Origin: Arenicellaceae bacterium | Lineage (GTDB): Bacteria; Pseudomonadota; Gammaproteobacteria; Arenicellales; Arenicellaceae | Length of the DNA: 64,000 bases | Direction of reading: 5' to 3' | Assembly (NCBI GenBank): GCA_029246505.1 | Contig: JAQWNC010000015.1 | Coordinates: forward strand, 147,662 to 211,661 | In this document: in pieces, positions 29,379-40,718 of the stretch | How the letters are laid out: every line of letters starts with the position of its first letter | How positions within the stretch are numbered: the first letter of the stretch is position 1 | Translations under genes and position numbers: made by a program | Notes under the pieces: generated by a model | Told to the model about the DNA's origin: nothing | The model's database searches: none | Seen by the model: only the letters and a program-made list of their open reading frames with translations

Positions 29379-30560
29379 TCAATTTTGCAGCCAACCAGCA
29401 GGGTTTATTGGATCACCATTATGCCTTATTTCAAAATATAATCCGGCTTGCGCCAAACCCCCGCTGACGCCCGCTGAGGATATGACCTGACCAACCGCTA
29501 CTTTATCGCCAACACCAACAAATACATCCTGATTATGGCCATAAAGACTCATATAACCATCACCATGATCTAAAATTATCAATTGCCCATAACCTCTAAG
29601 CCAGTCACTAAAAATCGCCTCACCATCAAAAACAGCATGCACCGGCTGCCCACTCGCTGATTGTATAAGAACACCTTGCCTGCTTAAGCCTGTAACGGAG
29701 TCTTTGCTCCCAAACTGTTGCGAGACAATTCCACCAAGAGGCTGAGACAATTTATTCCTTTGTTTACTAAATCCACCAGCTCCTGCGTTTGGCGAGATGT
29801 ATGGCATATAACCGGACTTCACCTTCTTCAGGCCTACCAACAACGCTTGAAGTCGAAGCTTATCTTCTCGTTGTGCGCTAATCACTAGTTTAGTACTATT
29901 AATCTCGACATCAACGGCTGTTAGCTTTTGTGCCCTTTGAATCAAGGCTTTGTCCGCTTCGATAACCAAATACGCTAAACGTGCTTTTTCATCTTTCAAT
30001 TTTTGCTGTTGTATTTGATATTCTTTTATTCCTTGCCTGGTTTTCAGTGTTTCTTTTAAAAGCAAACTAATTCGCTGGCTACGGGCCTGGCTAATATAAT
30101 TGTAGTAATTTGTCAATCGGCCGAGTAGATAAGGGTTCTGCTGGCTCAGTAACATTTTGAGTTTATTATTACTTCCCATACTAAACCCAGAGTGAACAAG
30201 CAAAGCGAGGTTTTCAATTTGGCCTTGCTGTTCCAAAAGCTGGTTTTTTAGTGTCCCAGCCAATTGCTCTAGTTTTAATGATTTATCGAAAATGGACCCT
30301 TCCAACAACGAGCTTTGCTTTTCTAATTCAACTAATCGAATCTCTTCCTTTCTCAGCGCGACACGTTGTTGTTTTCCAACACTAACCGAATCGTCCAAGC
30401 TTTGTTGTAAAGCTCTTATTTCACTTTCAATAGAAACTAATTTAGATCTGTATTCTGGCTGTGCACTAGAGCCTGCCGGCACTGCCAACAGACAAACCAT
30501 TAGCAGAAGGAGCACATGCTTGGTGTATAATGCGCCGCATTGAAAGCTTCGCTTGGGCAT
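29379..30560 (-). CDS. envC: Murein hydrolase activator EnvC (coiled coil plus M23/LytM domain)
   Basis: 393 aa. Signal peptide, long Q/L/E-rich coiled coil and a C-terminal LytM domain (IILDHGDGYMSLYGHN). Its position upstream of ctpA is the conserved arrangement. Confidence 0.85.
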   Translation of the reverse strand: MPKRSFQCGALYTKHVLLLLMVCLLAVPAGSSAQPEYRSKLVSIESEIRALQQSLDDSVSVGKQQRVALRKEEIRLVELEKQSSLLEGSIFDKSLKLEQLAGTLKNQLLEQQGQIENLALLVHSGFSMGSNNKLKMLLSQQNPYLLGRLTNYYNYISQARSQRISLLLKETLKTRQGIKEYQIQQQKLKDEKARLAYLVIEADKALIQRAQKLTAVDVEINSTKLVISAQREDKLRLQALLVGLKKVKSGYMPYISPNAGAGGFSKQRNKLSQPLGGIVSQQFGSKDSVTGLSRQGVLIQSASGQPVHAVFDGEAIFSDWLRGYGQLIILDHGDGYMSLYGHNQDVFVGVGDKVAVGQVISSAGVSGGLAQAGLYFEIRHNGDPINPAGWLQN

Positions 30561-30650
30561 AAAAGGTCTTAGTAATCTAATTTACCTGCATTCTTAAGTG
30601 TTAATTCTCCTTAATCAACTATCCCAACAGAAACGTAACAAATCATCATA

Positions 30651-31064
30651 ATGTTAGAACAATTTTTTATTGAAAACCTGGTTTTATTTATCCCGCTATT
30701 TACAGCCTTTGGGTTGTTTTTTGCATTACCCAGTATTGCCTCAATAGGCGGCAGCTCAAGTGTCTCGGCGCTTCAACTGCCTCAGTTACAGCGGTCTGAT
30801 CATATAATTATCGATGTGTCTACGAACTCCGAATTTGCCAAAGGTCACCTCCCGGGCGCTTTAAACTTACCTCTGGAAGAACTACAAAAAAACCCCTCCA
30901 AATTAAACAAGCACAAAAATAAAAATTTGATTTTTACATGCCCAAATGGCAATAAGTCTATAACCGCTGGCAAGTGTCTTAAAAAGCTTGGTTTTGAAAA
31001 ACTATACCACCTTAGTGGTGGTCTTACAGCGTGGGAACGAGAAAGCTTTCCTATTGAATCTTAA
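30651..31064 (+). CDS. Membrane-anchored rhodanese-domain protein (YibN-like)
   Basis: 137 aa. N-terminal TM helix and rhodanese fold with active-site loop FTCPNGNKS. Its position upstream of secB-gpsA matches E. coli yibN. Confidence 0.75.
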   Translation: MLEQFFIENLVLFIPLFTAFGLFFALPSIASIGGSSSVSALQLPQLQRSDHIIIDVSTNSEFAKGHLPGALNLPLEELQKNPSKLNKHKNKNLIFTCPNGNKSITAGKCLKKLGFEKLYHLSGGLTAWERESFPIES

Positions 31065-31131
31065 AGCCGAAAAAAGCAGACAACCCCTATTTCTTTCACT
31101 GTAGCAACCCTACTAACTATAGGAATTTACT

Positions 31132-31599
31132 ATGGCCGACTTGCCAACCCCTGTTTTTGAAATTCGAAAAATTTACACTAAAGATATTTCTTTCGAATCT
31201 CCCAAGGCGCCTGAGGTTTTTTTAGAAAACAGCAAGAACCCAAACATTGATATGCAAGTAACCATTGCTAGAAATACACTAAACCCAGAAGATTATTTTG
31301 AGGTTATATTAAAACTTACAGCTACCGCTCAAGTCGATGATAGTCCCTTATTTTTAATAGAAATAGAGCAGGCTGGTGTGTTTCAAATAAAGGGCATAAA
31401 GAATGAAAACCTTGAGCTGGCGTTAGAGGTCGCATCTCCCAACATATTATTACCATTCGCTCGAGAAGCCATTTCTGACTTAGTAACGAAAGGGGGCTTT
31501 CCTCAGTTTTTAATTGCGCCTATAAATTTTGAGTCTTTATACCAGCAGAAAAAGCAAACCGTGGCCGCGGCTAAAGACGAGAATACTGCCAAACACTAA
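31132..31599 (+). CDS. secB: Protein-export chaperone SecB
   Basis: 155 aa. FEIRKIYTKDISFESPKAPEVF and PNILLPFAREAISDLVTKGGFP. Confidence 0.93.
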   Translation: MADLPTPVFEIRKIYTKDISFESPKAPEVFLENSKNPNIDMQVTIARNTLNPEDYFEVILKLTATAQVDDSPLFLIEIEQAGVFQIKGIKNENLELALEVASPNILLPFAREAISDLVTKGGFPQFLIAPINFESLYQQKKQTVAAAKDENTAKH

Positions 31600-31613
31600 G
31601 GAAGTGTTTTCCT

Positions 31614-32603
31614 ATGATACATAAAATTGCTGTTCTAGGTGCGGGCTCTTGGGGTACCGCCCTAGCTATTGCCCTAGCGCGAAACAACCACGAGGTGCAT
31701 TTATGGGGTCATCGCACTAGCACCATTGAGGCCCTTATTAATGACGGCGAAAATTCCCGCTACTTACCTGGCCACAAATTCCCGACAAACCTGATACCGG
31801 AATCAAATATGGATGTTGCTGTTGATAAAGCACGCGTACTTATTGTTGTGCCAAGTTTTGCATTTAGAAGCACCCTGCTGGCATTGGATACCTGTCGTGA
31901 TTCAACTAAAGGCGGTATTTGTTGGGCAACCAAAGGCTTTGACCCAAAGAACGCCGATCTTTTAAGTGTTGTCGCCAGAAAAACCCTTAGCGGCAAACCA
32001 TCTTTAGCTGTTGTTAGCGGCCCTTCTTTCGCGCAAGAGGTTGCCCAAGGGCTGCCGACAGCGATGGCGGTCGCCAGCACTGCAACCGATTCGTTTTGGC
32101 TTGACGCCTTCCAGGGTGGGCGTGTGCGCGTATATAAGAACGACGACATCATCGGCATTCAAGTCGGCGGTGCAGCAAAAAATATTGTCGCTGTGGCTAC
32201 AGGAATATCTGATGGTCTAGGGTTTGGCGCGAACGCCCGCGCAGCAATAATTACTCGTGGACTTACGGAAATATCACGCCTTGGGCGAGCCCTAAATGCT
32301 AACCAGAAAACATTTATGGGGCTGGCGGGTCTAGGTGATCTCGTCTTGACATGTACCGATGATCAATCCCGAAACCGCCGTTTCGGATTAGGGTTAGGGG
32401 CAGGAAAAAGTATAAATACAATCAAAAAAGAGATTGGTCAAGAAATTGAGAGCATACATGCTGCCGGTCTTGTAGAGCGCCTTGCCTTATCAATGAACAT
32501 TGACATGCCTATTACCAAAGAAGTAAGCGCTGTAATTAGGGGAGACACCTCTGCTGTATCGGCCGCTGAAGCACTATTGGCCAGAAGTGCTACTCACGAG
32601 TAA
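31614..32603 (+). CDS. gpsA: NAD(P)H-dependent glycerol-3-phosphate dehydrogenase
   Basis: 329 aa. VLGAGSWGTALA, GPSFAQEV, NIVAVATGISDGLGFG and SRNRRFG. Confidence 0.93.
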   Translation: MIHKIAVLGAGSWGTALAIALARNNHEVHLWGHRTSTIEALINDGENSRYLPGHKFPTNLIPESNMDVAVDKARVLIVVPSFAFRSTLLALDTCRDSTKGGICWATKGFDPKNADLLSVVARKTLSGKPSLAVVSGPSFAQEVAQGLPTAMAVASTATDSFWLDAFQGGRVRVYKNDDIIGIQVGGAAKNIVAVATGISDGLGFGANARAAIITRGLTEISRLGRALNANQKTFMGLAGLGDLVLTCTDDQSRNRRFGLGLGAGKSINTIKKEIGQEIESIHAAGLVERLALSMNIDMPITKEVSAVIRGDTSAVSAAEALLARSATHE

Positions 32604-32638
32604 ACTATTAACTTGTATCTCAGCCTGTTTCTTTAATA

Positions 32639-33355
32639 ATGAAAATTACTTTTACGTTGTTTTGTTTTTTGTTTATTACCGGTTGTGCCGGCGTACCAAT
32701 AAATAAAGATTTAGATGCCCACCGTTTTTCAGGTGATCCTGAGAAGCTGAATCGCGCTGTATATAAATTTAACGACAGAATAGACAAAGCATTTCTGCGG
32801 CCTATCGCAAAAGGGTATGTAACAATAGTTCCTGGCTTAGCGAGAAAGGGGATAAGGAATGTTTTTAATAACCTGTTAGAAATCAACAGCTTAATCAACA
32901 ATATTCTACAAGGGGACATCAATGGAGCCGGTAGCAATCTTGCACGATTTATGGCAAATACTACTGTTGGTATATTGGGATTATTCGATGTTGCCGGAAA
33001 AATTAGTGTAGACCCTAATGTGGAAGATTTCGGACAAACGATGGCCGTTTGGGGCATCCCGCCCGGACCCCATATTATCCTGCCATTTTTTGGCTCATCT
33101 TCATTACGCGATGCTCTAGGCCTAATTCCCTACTACGCGTATACACAACCTCAAGCACAATTTTCTAACTTCAACACGCGAGCAGCAACTACTGGCTTTT
33201 ATCTTATCAGTCAGCGATCCGATTTTTTAGGCGCGTCAGCCATATTGGATGGTCAGCTCGACCCCTATAGTTTTGCACGTGCGGCATACGAACAGGCAAG
33301 AATAAACGCTGTTTTTGACGACAACCCTCCAGAAGAAGAGTTCGACGGCTTCTAA
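32639..33355 (+). CDS. mlaA: Outer-membrane lipid asymmetry lipoprotein MlaA (VacJ)
   Basis: 238 aa. Lipobox FITGC, and DPEKLNRAVYKFNDRIDKAFLRPIAKGY is the VacJ signature. Confidence 0.88.
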   Translation: MKITFTLFCFLFITGCAGVPINKDLDAHRFSGDPEKLNRAVYKFNDRIDKAFLRPIAKGYVTIVPGLARKGIRNVFNNLLEINSLINNILQGDINGAGSNLARFMANTTVGILGLFDVAGKISVDPNVEDFGQTMAVWGIPPGPHIILPFFGSSSLRDALGLIPYYAYTQPQAQFSNFNTRAATTGFYLISQRSDFLGASAILDGQLDPYSFARAAYEQARINAVFDDNPPEEEFDGF

Positions 33356-33406
33356 TTAGTTCCCCCCTATTTCCTATAATTAGACTAAAAATAGCCACCA
33401 CCGAAT

Positions 33407-34219
33407 ATGCATTACGTTATTGGCGACGTACAAGGCTGCTACGACGAGTTGAGACACTTATTAGATAAAGTATGTTTTGATTATTCAAAAGATAAAATTA
33501 CTTTTGCGGGTGATTTATTAAACCGGGGTCTTAAATCTAAGTCTGTTCTCAAATTTATTATAGAAAACCAAAACTGTATGGATACAGTGTTAGGAAATCA
33601 CGATTTACATTTTCTGAGTATATACGGTGGTGTACGAAATGCTGGCCAAAAAGACACTTTAGCCCAGTTACTTAAATATAAAAACGTCGATATCATCGTA
33701 GATTGGCTACTTAAGAAGCCTTTATGCGTAGAGATAAATAAAACCCTGCTAGTTTGTCATGCGGGGTTATACCCTTTATGGACACCCCAAAAAGCTTTGG
33801 CTTATTCAAATACTGTTTCCGAAGTGCTGCAATCTAAAAACTGGAAAACCTTTTTAAAGAACGTGTATGGCAACAACCCAAACCGTTGGGAGACTAATGA
33901 TAAGAAAATTAACCAGCTACGATTTATTGTTAATGCTTTTACTAGAATGCGCTATGTAAATAGCCAATGCCACCTAAATTTTAGTCACAAAGGCCCAATA
34001 GAAGTAGATTCTACTAAAACCCTGATTCCCTGGTTTAACTACCAACCCACCAAAAATAAAACACATACTGTTTTATTCGGCCATTGGTCTGCTATTGGCG
34101 CGGCCAAAAGACCCATGTCGATTTCTTTAGATGGGGGCTGTATTTGGGGTGGGGAGTTGTGTGCGGTTAACATAAAAAGTCTAAAAATCACTAGCGTAAA
34201 ATCTAAAAATGCTTACTAA
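33407..34219 (+). CDS. apaH: Bis(5'-nucleosyl)-tetraphosphatase, symmetrical
   Basis: 270 aa. MHYVIGDVQGCYDEL, GDLLNRG, GNHD and GHW metallophosphatase motifs. Confidence 0.9.
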   Translation: MHYVIGDVQGCYDELRHLLDKVCFDYSKDKITFAGDLLNRGLKSKSVLKFIIENQNCMDTVLGNHDLHFLSIYGGVRNAGQKDTLAQLLKYKNVDIIVDWLLKKPLCVEINKTLLVCHAGLYPLWTPQKALAYSNTVSEVLQSKNWKTFLKNVYGNNPNRWETNDKKINQLRFIVNAFTRMRYVNSQCHLNFSHKGPIEVDSTKTLIPWFNYQPTKNKTHTVLFGHWSAIGAAKRPMSISLDGGCIWGGELCAVNIKSLKITSVKSKNAY

Positions 34220-34583
34220 AGAAATTGATATTTATTGTTTCGCGACCTATCAAACCGATAAATCATCACCCGAAAACAATACGTTTATATTTAGTTACAC
34301 TATAAAAATTAGCAACAATAGTAATCAAAACATCAATTTATTAACTAGGCATTGGCTTATTACCGACGGTAACGCCCAAGTACGAGAAGTTTATGGCCAT
34401 GGTGTTTTAGGACAACAGCCCCTTATTCTTCCTGGGGAGTGTTTTACTTATACCAGCTACGCCGTATTGGATACCGCTATCGGTTTTATGGAAGGTAAAT
34501 ATAAAATGAGCCGAAGTGATGGATCAGTATTTGATGCTCATATTCAAAAATTTAATTTAATTCAACCAAATGCGATTCACTAA
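34209..34583 (+). CDS. apaG: ApaG (DUF525) protein
   Basis: 124 aa. FSYTIKISNNSNQNINLLTRHWLITDGN...GVLGQQP...Y(T)S...GFMEGKYKM is typical ApaG. Confidence 0.88.
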   Translation: MLTKEIDIYCFATYQTDKSSPENNTFIFSYTIKISNNSNQNINLLTRHWLITDGNAQVREVYGHGVLGQQPLILPGECFTYTSYAVLDTAIGFMEGKYKMSRSDGSVFDAHIQKFNLIQPNAIH

Positions 34584-34586
34584 ATA

Positions 34587-36977
<2,391 letters not shown>

Positions 36978-37055
36978 CTATATTAAAACTTAATTAATTA
37001 CTAATATTTTAACAAAACCATCACAGGCGGTCGCCCAATATCAAAATAAATAATG

Positions 37056-37071
37056 TGTTTCACGTGGAACG
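37056..37071. other. parS centromere-like site (15 of 16 match)
   Basis: TGTTTCACGTGGAACG versus the palindromic parS consensus TGTTNCACGTGNAACA. Confidence 0.75.
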
Positions 37072-37099
37072 AGCAACCGCTTTTTATATGTTATATTTA

Positions 37100-37115
37100 T
37101 GTTCCACGTGAAACA
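37100..37115. other. parS centromere-like site (16 of 16 match)
   Basis: TGTTCCACGTGAAACA is identical to the canonical chromosomal parS sequence. parA-parB are encoded at 53851..55484. Confidence 0.85.
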
Positions 37116-37123
37116 TAAATATA

Positions 37124-38230
37124 CTAAAGTCGCATCGGCATTATTAAATATAGTGTGGTCTCTATATTTGGGCTTTTAATAGTACAAGACGTATTTGAAT
37201 CTTGAAGTCCTAATACCACCATATCTGTTTCGAGATTTCTCAATGCATCTAAAATATAATTTACGTTAAATCCAACCTCTACAGACTCTCCTGTGTAATC
37301 TACAACCATCTCATCATTAGCTTGTTCTTGTTCTGGATTATTAGAACTTACTTTTAATAGCCCTGGCTCCAGAAGCAACGAAACCCCTTTGAATTTTTCA
37401 TTACTTAGAATGGCCGCTCGAACTAGAACATTAATAAATTCAGAACACTTTACTTCTACATGTTTTGATAAGTTTGAAGGAATCACACTATTATAATCTG
37501 GGAAACGGCCATCGATTAGTTTGGATTGAAAGATGAGCTGATCTGTCGAAACGCTTATGTGATTAGCGTTAATTTGTACATTAACATCACCCCCGCCTTC
37601 AGAAGATAAAAACCGCTGCATCTCCAAAACCGCTTTTCTCGGGACAATTCGTTGTACTTCTGCTGTTTCTATACCAGAAACAGCTATTTCAGAACGCGCC
37701 AAACGATGCCCATCAGTAGCAACCGTGCGTAAAATGCCCGGCTCAGCCTCAAATAGTAAACCATTTAGAAAATACCGGACGTCTTGTTGTGCCATTGCAA
37801 ACTGCGTTGCCCCTAATAAACCAGACAAATCACTTCGAGACACCTTAAATTCTGAATCCCAATCGTTAACTTCTAACCTAGGAAAATCTTTAGCGGGTAA
37901 TGTTTGCAGTGTAAACCGAGTCCGGCCACTTGAAACTATAACCTTATTCTCTCGTTTGGCATCTAGATTAATTATTGCGCCATCAGGCATTGATCGAACA
38001 ATATCAAACAGCTTCCGAGCGCCAACAGTAATCTCACCATCTTCTGATTCAACCTTATTTAAAAAGGTGGTTATTTCTGTTTCTAAATCAGTTCCTATAA
38101 TAGTTAAATGATTAGAAACTGATTTAATAAACACATTACCTAAGATTGGAAGTGTTTGTCTTTTTTCGACAACACCTACTACGTAAGTTAATGGCTTGAG
38201 TAATGTTTCTTTTTTAATACTAATTTTCAT
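37124..38230 (-). CDS. dnaN: DNA polymerase III beta sliding clamp
   Basis: 368 aa. MKISIKKETLLKPLTYVVGVVEKRQTLPILGNVFI and C-terminal LIMPMRL. Confidence 0.96.
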   Translation of the reverse strand: MKISIKKETLLKPLTYVVGVVEKRQTLPILGNVFIKSVSNHLTIIGTDLETEITTFLNKVESEDGEITVGARKLFDIVRSMPDGAIINLDAKRENKVIVSSGRTRFTLQTLPAKDFPRLEVNDWDSEFKVSRSDLSGLLGATQFAMAQQDVRYFLNGLLFEAEPGILRTVATDGHRLARSEIAVSGIETAEVQRIVPRKAVLEMQRFLSSEGGGDVNVQINANHISVSTDQLIFQSKLIDGRFPDYNSVIPSNLSKHVEVKCSEFINVLVRAAILSNEKFKGVSLLLEPGLLKVSSNNPEQEQANDEMVVDYTGESVEVGFNVNYILDALRNLETDMVVLGLQDSNTSCTIKSPNIETTLYLIMPMRL

Positions 38231-38341
38231 AGTTATAGTTATTAGAGCTGTTGATATGTATATAACTTATTAAACTGATTTAAATCAATGTTTTATGCCT
38301 ATTATTCACTAACTATCTTTGTTTATAATTAGCTTATATCT

Positions 38342-38415
38342 TGTGGATGAAGTGTGTATATCTTTATGGCGTATGTTTATGAAATATGAATTTATTTATT
38401 AACAGTTTGTCCACA
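38342..38415. promoter_or_regulatory. Cluster of DnaA-box-like 9-mers in the AT-rich dnaA-dnaN spacer (candidate oriC or dnaN control region)
   Basis: TGTGGATGA (38342-38350; rc TCATCCACA), TGTGTATAT (38353-38361; rc ATATACACA) and TTGTCCACA (38407-38415). Each is one mismatch from TTATCCACA or TTWTNCACA. They are embedded in a 220-bp very AT-rich non-coding spacer. Confidence 0.5.
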
Positions 38416-38450
38416 ATTTATACCTTTATTTATCATCTAAATTATTTTTA

Positions 38451-39791
38451 TTACCCGCCTAATATTTTGAGTAAACTATTATAATCGTCTTTTATCAGTG
38501 CATCTTCCTTTATGAGCGAATTAATTTTTCGACAAGCATGTAAAACCGTTGTGTGATCTCTACCCCCAAAAGCATCGCCGATATCAGGTAAGCTAAGATT
38601 AGTTAGTTCTTTTGATAGGGCCATTCCAATTTGTCTGGGTCGAGCAATTTGACGGTTACGCTTCTTAGAGTTTAAATCTGAAACACGCATATTGTAGTAA
38701 TCAGCAACCGTTTTTTGAATATTTTCTACAGATATTTTACGTTTCTGAAATAGTGTTAAATCTTGTAATGCCAGCTGGGCGCTTTCCAGGTTTATAGCGT
38801 TTCCCGTAAATGCTGAGCCGGCTATTAATCGGTGTAGCGCGCCCTCTAATTCCCTTACATTAGATTTAATGTGTTTGGCGACCATAAATGCTACCTCTTC
38901 TGGCAACTCAACAGACTTTTCTTTTGCTTTATTTCTTAGAATAGCAACCCTTGTTTCTAGTTCTGGGGGATCAACTCGAACAGTAAGACCACTTTCAAAT
39001 CTAGAGATTAACCGTTCTTGGACACCATCAATTTCTTTTGGGAACCGGTCACTTGCAATAATTATTTGACTGCCCGCCTCCATTAAAGTGTTAAATGTAT
39101 GAAAAAACTCTTCTTGTGATTGGCTTTTACCTGAAAAAAACTGAATATCATCAATTAGTAAAGCATCTACAGAACGGTAATAGGCTTTAAAATTATTCAT
39201 TTTCCCGCGTTGTAATGCTTTTACCATATCTGAAACAAAGCGTTCTGAATGTATATATATAATTTTTCTTGATTTGTTCTTTTCAATAATGTTTCCAGCA
39301 GCGTGCATTAGGTGTGTTTTGCCTAGGCCTACACCACCGTAAATATATAAAGGGTTATATGCAGAACTGGGATTTTCACCAACTTGTTGAGATGCCGCGC
39401 GGGCGATTTGATTTGATTTTCCTTCTACATGTGATGCAAATGTATAAATCGGGTTAGGGCCACTATCTCCATAAGGTGTAAGCTTAGGGCTAGTAATAAC
39501 TTTTTTAGGATTCACCGTTGCTTCAGGTTCATAATTATCACCAACAATTAATTCAACCGGCATATTTGTAGTTGAGAATAGTTGTACTGTTTGGCTAAGG
39601 GTTTCAGATAAATGTTCTTCAACCCAGTCCTTAACAAACTTATTAGGCGCATATAACAAGCATTTTTTATCTTGCATATCAGCGTGAAGGGGTTTTATCC
39701 ACATATTAAACTCTCTCTCGCCTAATTCGAGTTCCAATTTACTTAGGCATTTTTTCCAAATTTCTTTGTTGCTCAATGAAATCCCCCACAA
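38451..39791 (-). CDS. dnaA: Chromosomal replication initiator protein DnaA
   Basis: 446-aa maximal ORF with a TTG start. AAA+ Walker A GGVGLGKTHL, and the domain IV DnaA signature ALSKELTNLSLPDIGDAFGGRDHTTVLHA. A TTG at 39776 has a better GGGGGA Shine-Dalgarno and may be the real start. Confidence 0.96.
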   Translation of the reverse strand: MWGISLSNKEIWKKCLSKLELELGEREFNMWIKPLHADMQDKKCLLYAPNKFVKDWVEEHLSETLSQTVQLFSTTNMPVELIVGDNYEPEATVNPKKVITSPKLTPYGDSGPNPIYTFASHVEGKSNQIARAASQQVGENPSSAYNPLYIYGGVGLGKTHLMHAAGNIIEKNKSRKIIYIHSERFVSDMVKALQRGKMNNFKAYYRSVDALLIDDIQFFSGKSQSQEEFFHTFNTLMEAGSQIIIASDRFPKEIDGVQERLISRFESGLTVRVDPPELETRVAILRNKAKEKSVELPEEVAFMVAKHIKSNVRELEGALHRLIAGSAFTGNAINLESAQLALQDLTLFQKRKISVENIQKTVADYYNMRVSDLNSKKRNRQIARPRQIGMALSKELTNLSLPDIGDAFGGRDHTTVLHACRKINSLIKEDALIKDDYNSLLKILGG

Positions 39792-39945
39792 GAACTTTAT
39801 TTTAAATAGTATAACGATTAATTATGGTTTGAAATAAACTCTGATTCTGATTGACTAAAAGTAGTAAAAAACGTACTTTTACGCGCCATTTTTTCGGCCA
39901 CCGTTCTACAATGGCCCATTCAACGCACGAAAGAGTGTAAGTGAC

Positions 39946-40080
39946 ATGAAACGTACTTTTCAACCAAGTAATTTAAAACGAAAGAGAACACATGGCTTCC
40001 GCGCGCGCATGTCTACGCGAGGAGGTCGAGCAGTTATTAATGCTCGGCGGGCCAAAGGTCGTCGACGCCTTAGTGTATAA
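39946..40080 (+). CDS. rpmH: 50S ribosomal protein L34
   Basis: Below the ORF-track size cutoff. It translates to [44 protein letters not shown] (44 aa), the canonical L34 sequence. Confidence 0.95.
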   Translation: MKRTFQPSNLKRKRTHGFRARMSTRGGRAVINARRAKGRRRLSV

Positions 40081-40220
40081 GTAATAACGATAGTGTAACT
40101 ACTTATTATCTAATTAATGGTAGTGGTTTTCTTATAAGCAACACGTTACAAAATAGGCGTAGGCTACTGTGTTCTGATCAATATAAACAAGTATTTGATC
40201 GTCGGCAGTGGGTCGCAAGC

Positions 40221-40481
40221 GTGTATTTTAAAGCATGTGTTAAAGAAAGCGGGCTTGATTATTCACGCTTAGGGTTGGCTGTATCTAAAAATATTTCTAA
40301 GTTAGCTGTTGTTCGCAACAGTCTAAAAAGACATGTTCGCGAAAGTTTTCGTTGTACTAAACAGGTAAGCATTAGTCTTGATATTATTGTCCTGCCGAAA
40401 CATAAAAGCGTGAAGGTTGAGTCAGAAGAGTTAAGGCAGGACTTAAATTTATTGTGGAAACGCTGTCAAAATTTACAATAG
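40221..40481 (+). CDS. rnpA: Ribonuclease P protein component
   Basis: LGLAVSKNISKLAVVRNSLKRHVRESFR is the RnpA RNR motif region. The same frame is open upstream, with RnpA-like sequence (RLLCSDQYKQVFDRRQWVAS) but no ATG, GTG or TTG before GTG 40221. The true start is uncertain. Confidence 0.8.
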   Translation: MYFKACVKESGLDYSRLGLAVSKNISKLAVVRNSLKRHVRESFRCTKQVSISLDIIVLPKHKSVKVESEELRQDLNLLWKRCQNLQ

Positions 40482-40699
40482 CGCCATTTGTTGCTTTGAT
40501 AAAGCTTTATAAGACTCTGGTTAGTCCTTGGTTGGGTAGCCGTTGTCGATTTAGTCCTACGTGTGCTGAATATTCAATTGATTGCTTCAAAGCGCATGGG
40601 GTTTTTAAAGGGATAATTTTATCGATAAAGCGAATCGTCCGCTGTAATCCATTTGGTGGTGACGGCTTGGATCCTGTACCAGAAGAAATAGACATTTAA
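40454..40699 (+). CDS. yidD: Membrane protein insertion efficiency factor YidD
   Basis: 81 aa. LIKLYKTLVSPWLGSRCRFSPTCAEYSIDCFKAHG is the YidD signature. It overlaps the rnpA end. Confidence 0.9.
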   Translation: METLSKFTIAPFVALIKLYKTLVSPWLGSRCRFSPTCAEYSIDCFKAHGVFKGIILSIKRIVRCNPFGGDGLDPVPEEIDI

Positions 40700-40718
40700 T
40701 ACAAAAGATAAACTTGAA

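Noticed and set aside
37056-37115. A 15-bp perfect inverted repeat with a 30-nt spacer, which first looked like a large attenuator hairpin or terminal inverted repeats of a miniature mobile element.
   Set aside because: Each arm is itself a full parS palindrome centred on CACGTG, and parAB are encoded nearby. There are no target-site duplications and no transposase. ParB binding sites explain it better.
39792-39945. The rpmH-dnaA spacer, examined as a Pseudomonas-type oriC.
   Set aside because: I found no 9-mer within one mismatch of TTATCCACA by eye. There is only a plausible rpmH promoter (TTGACT-17-TACTTT). The spacer is left unannotated pending a proper matrix scan.
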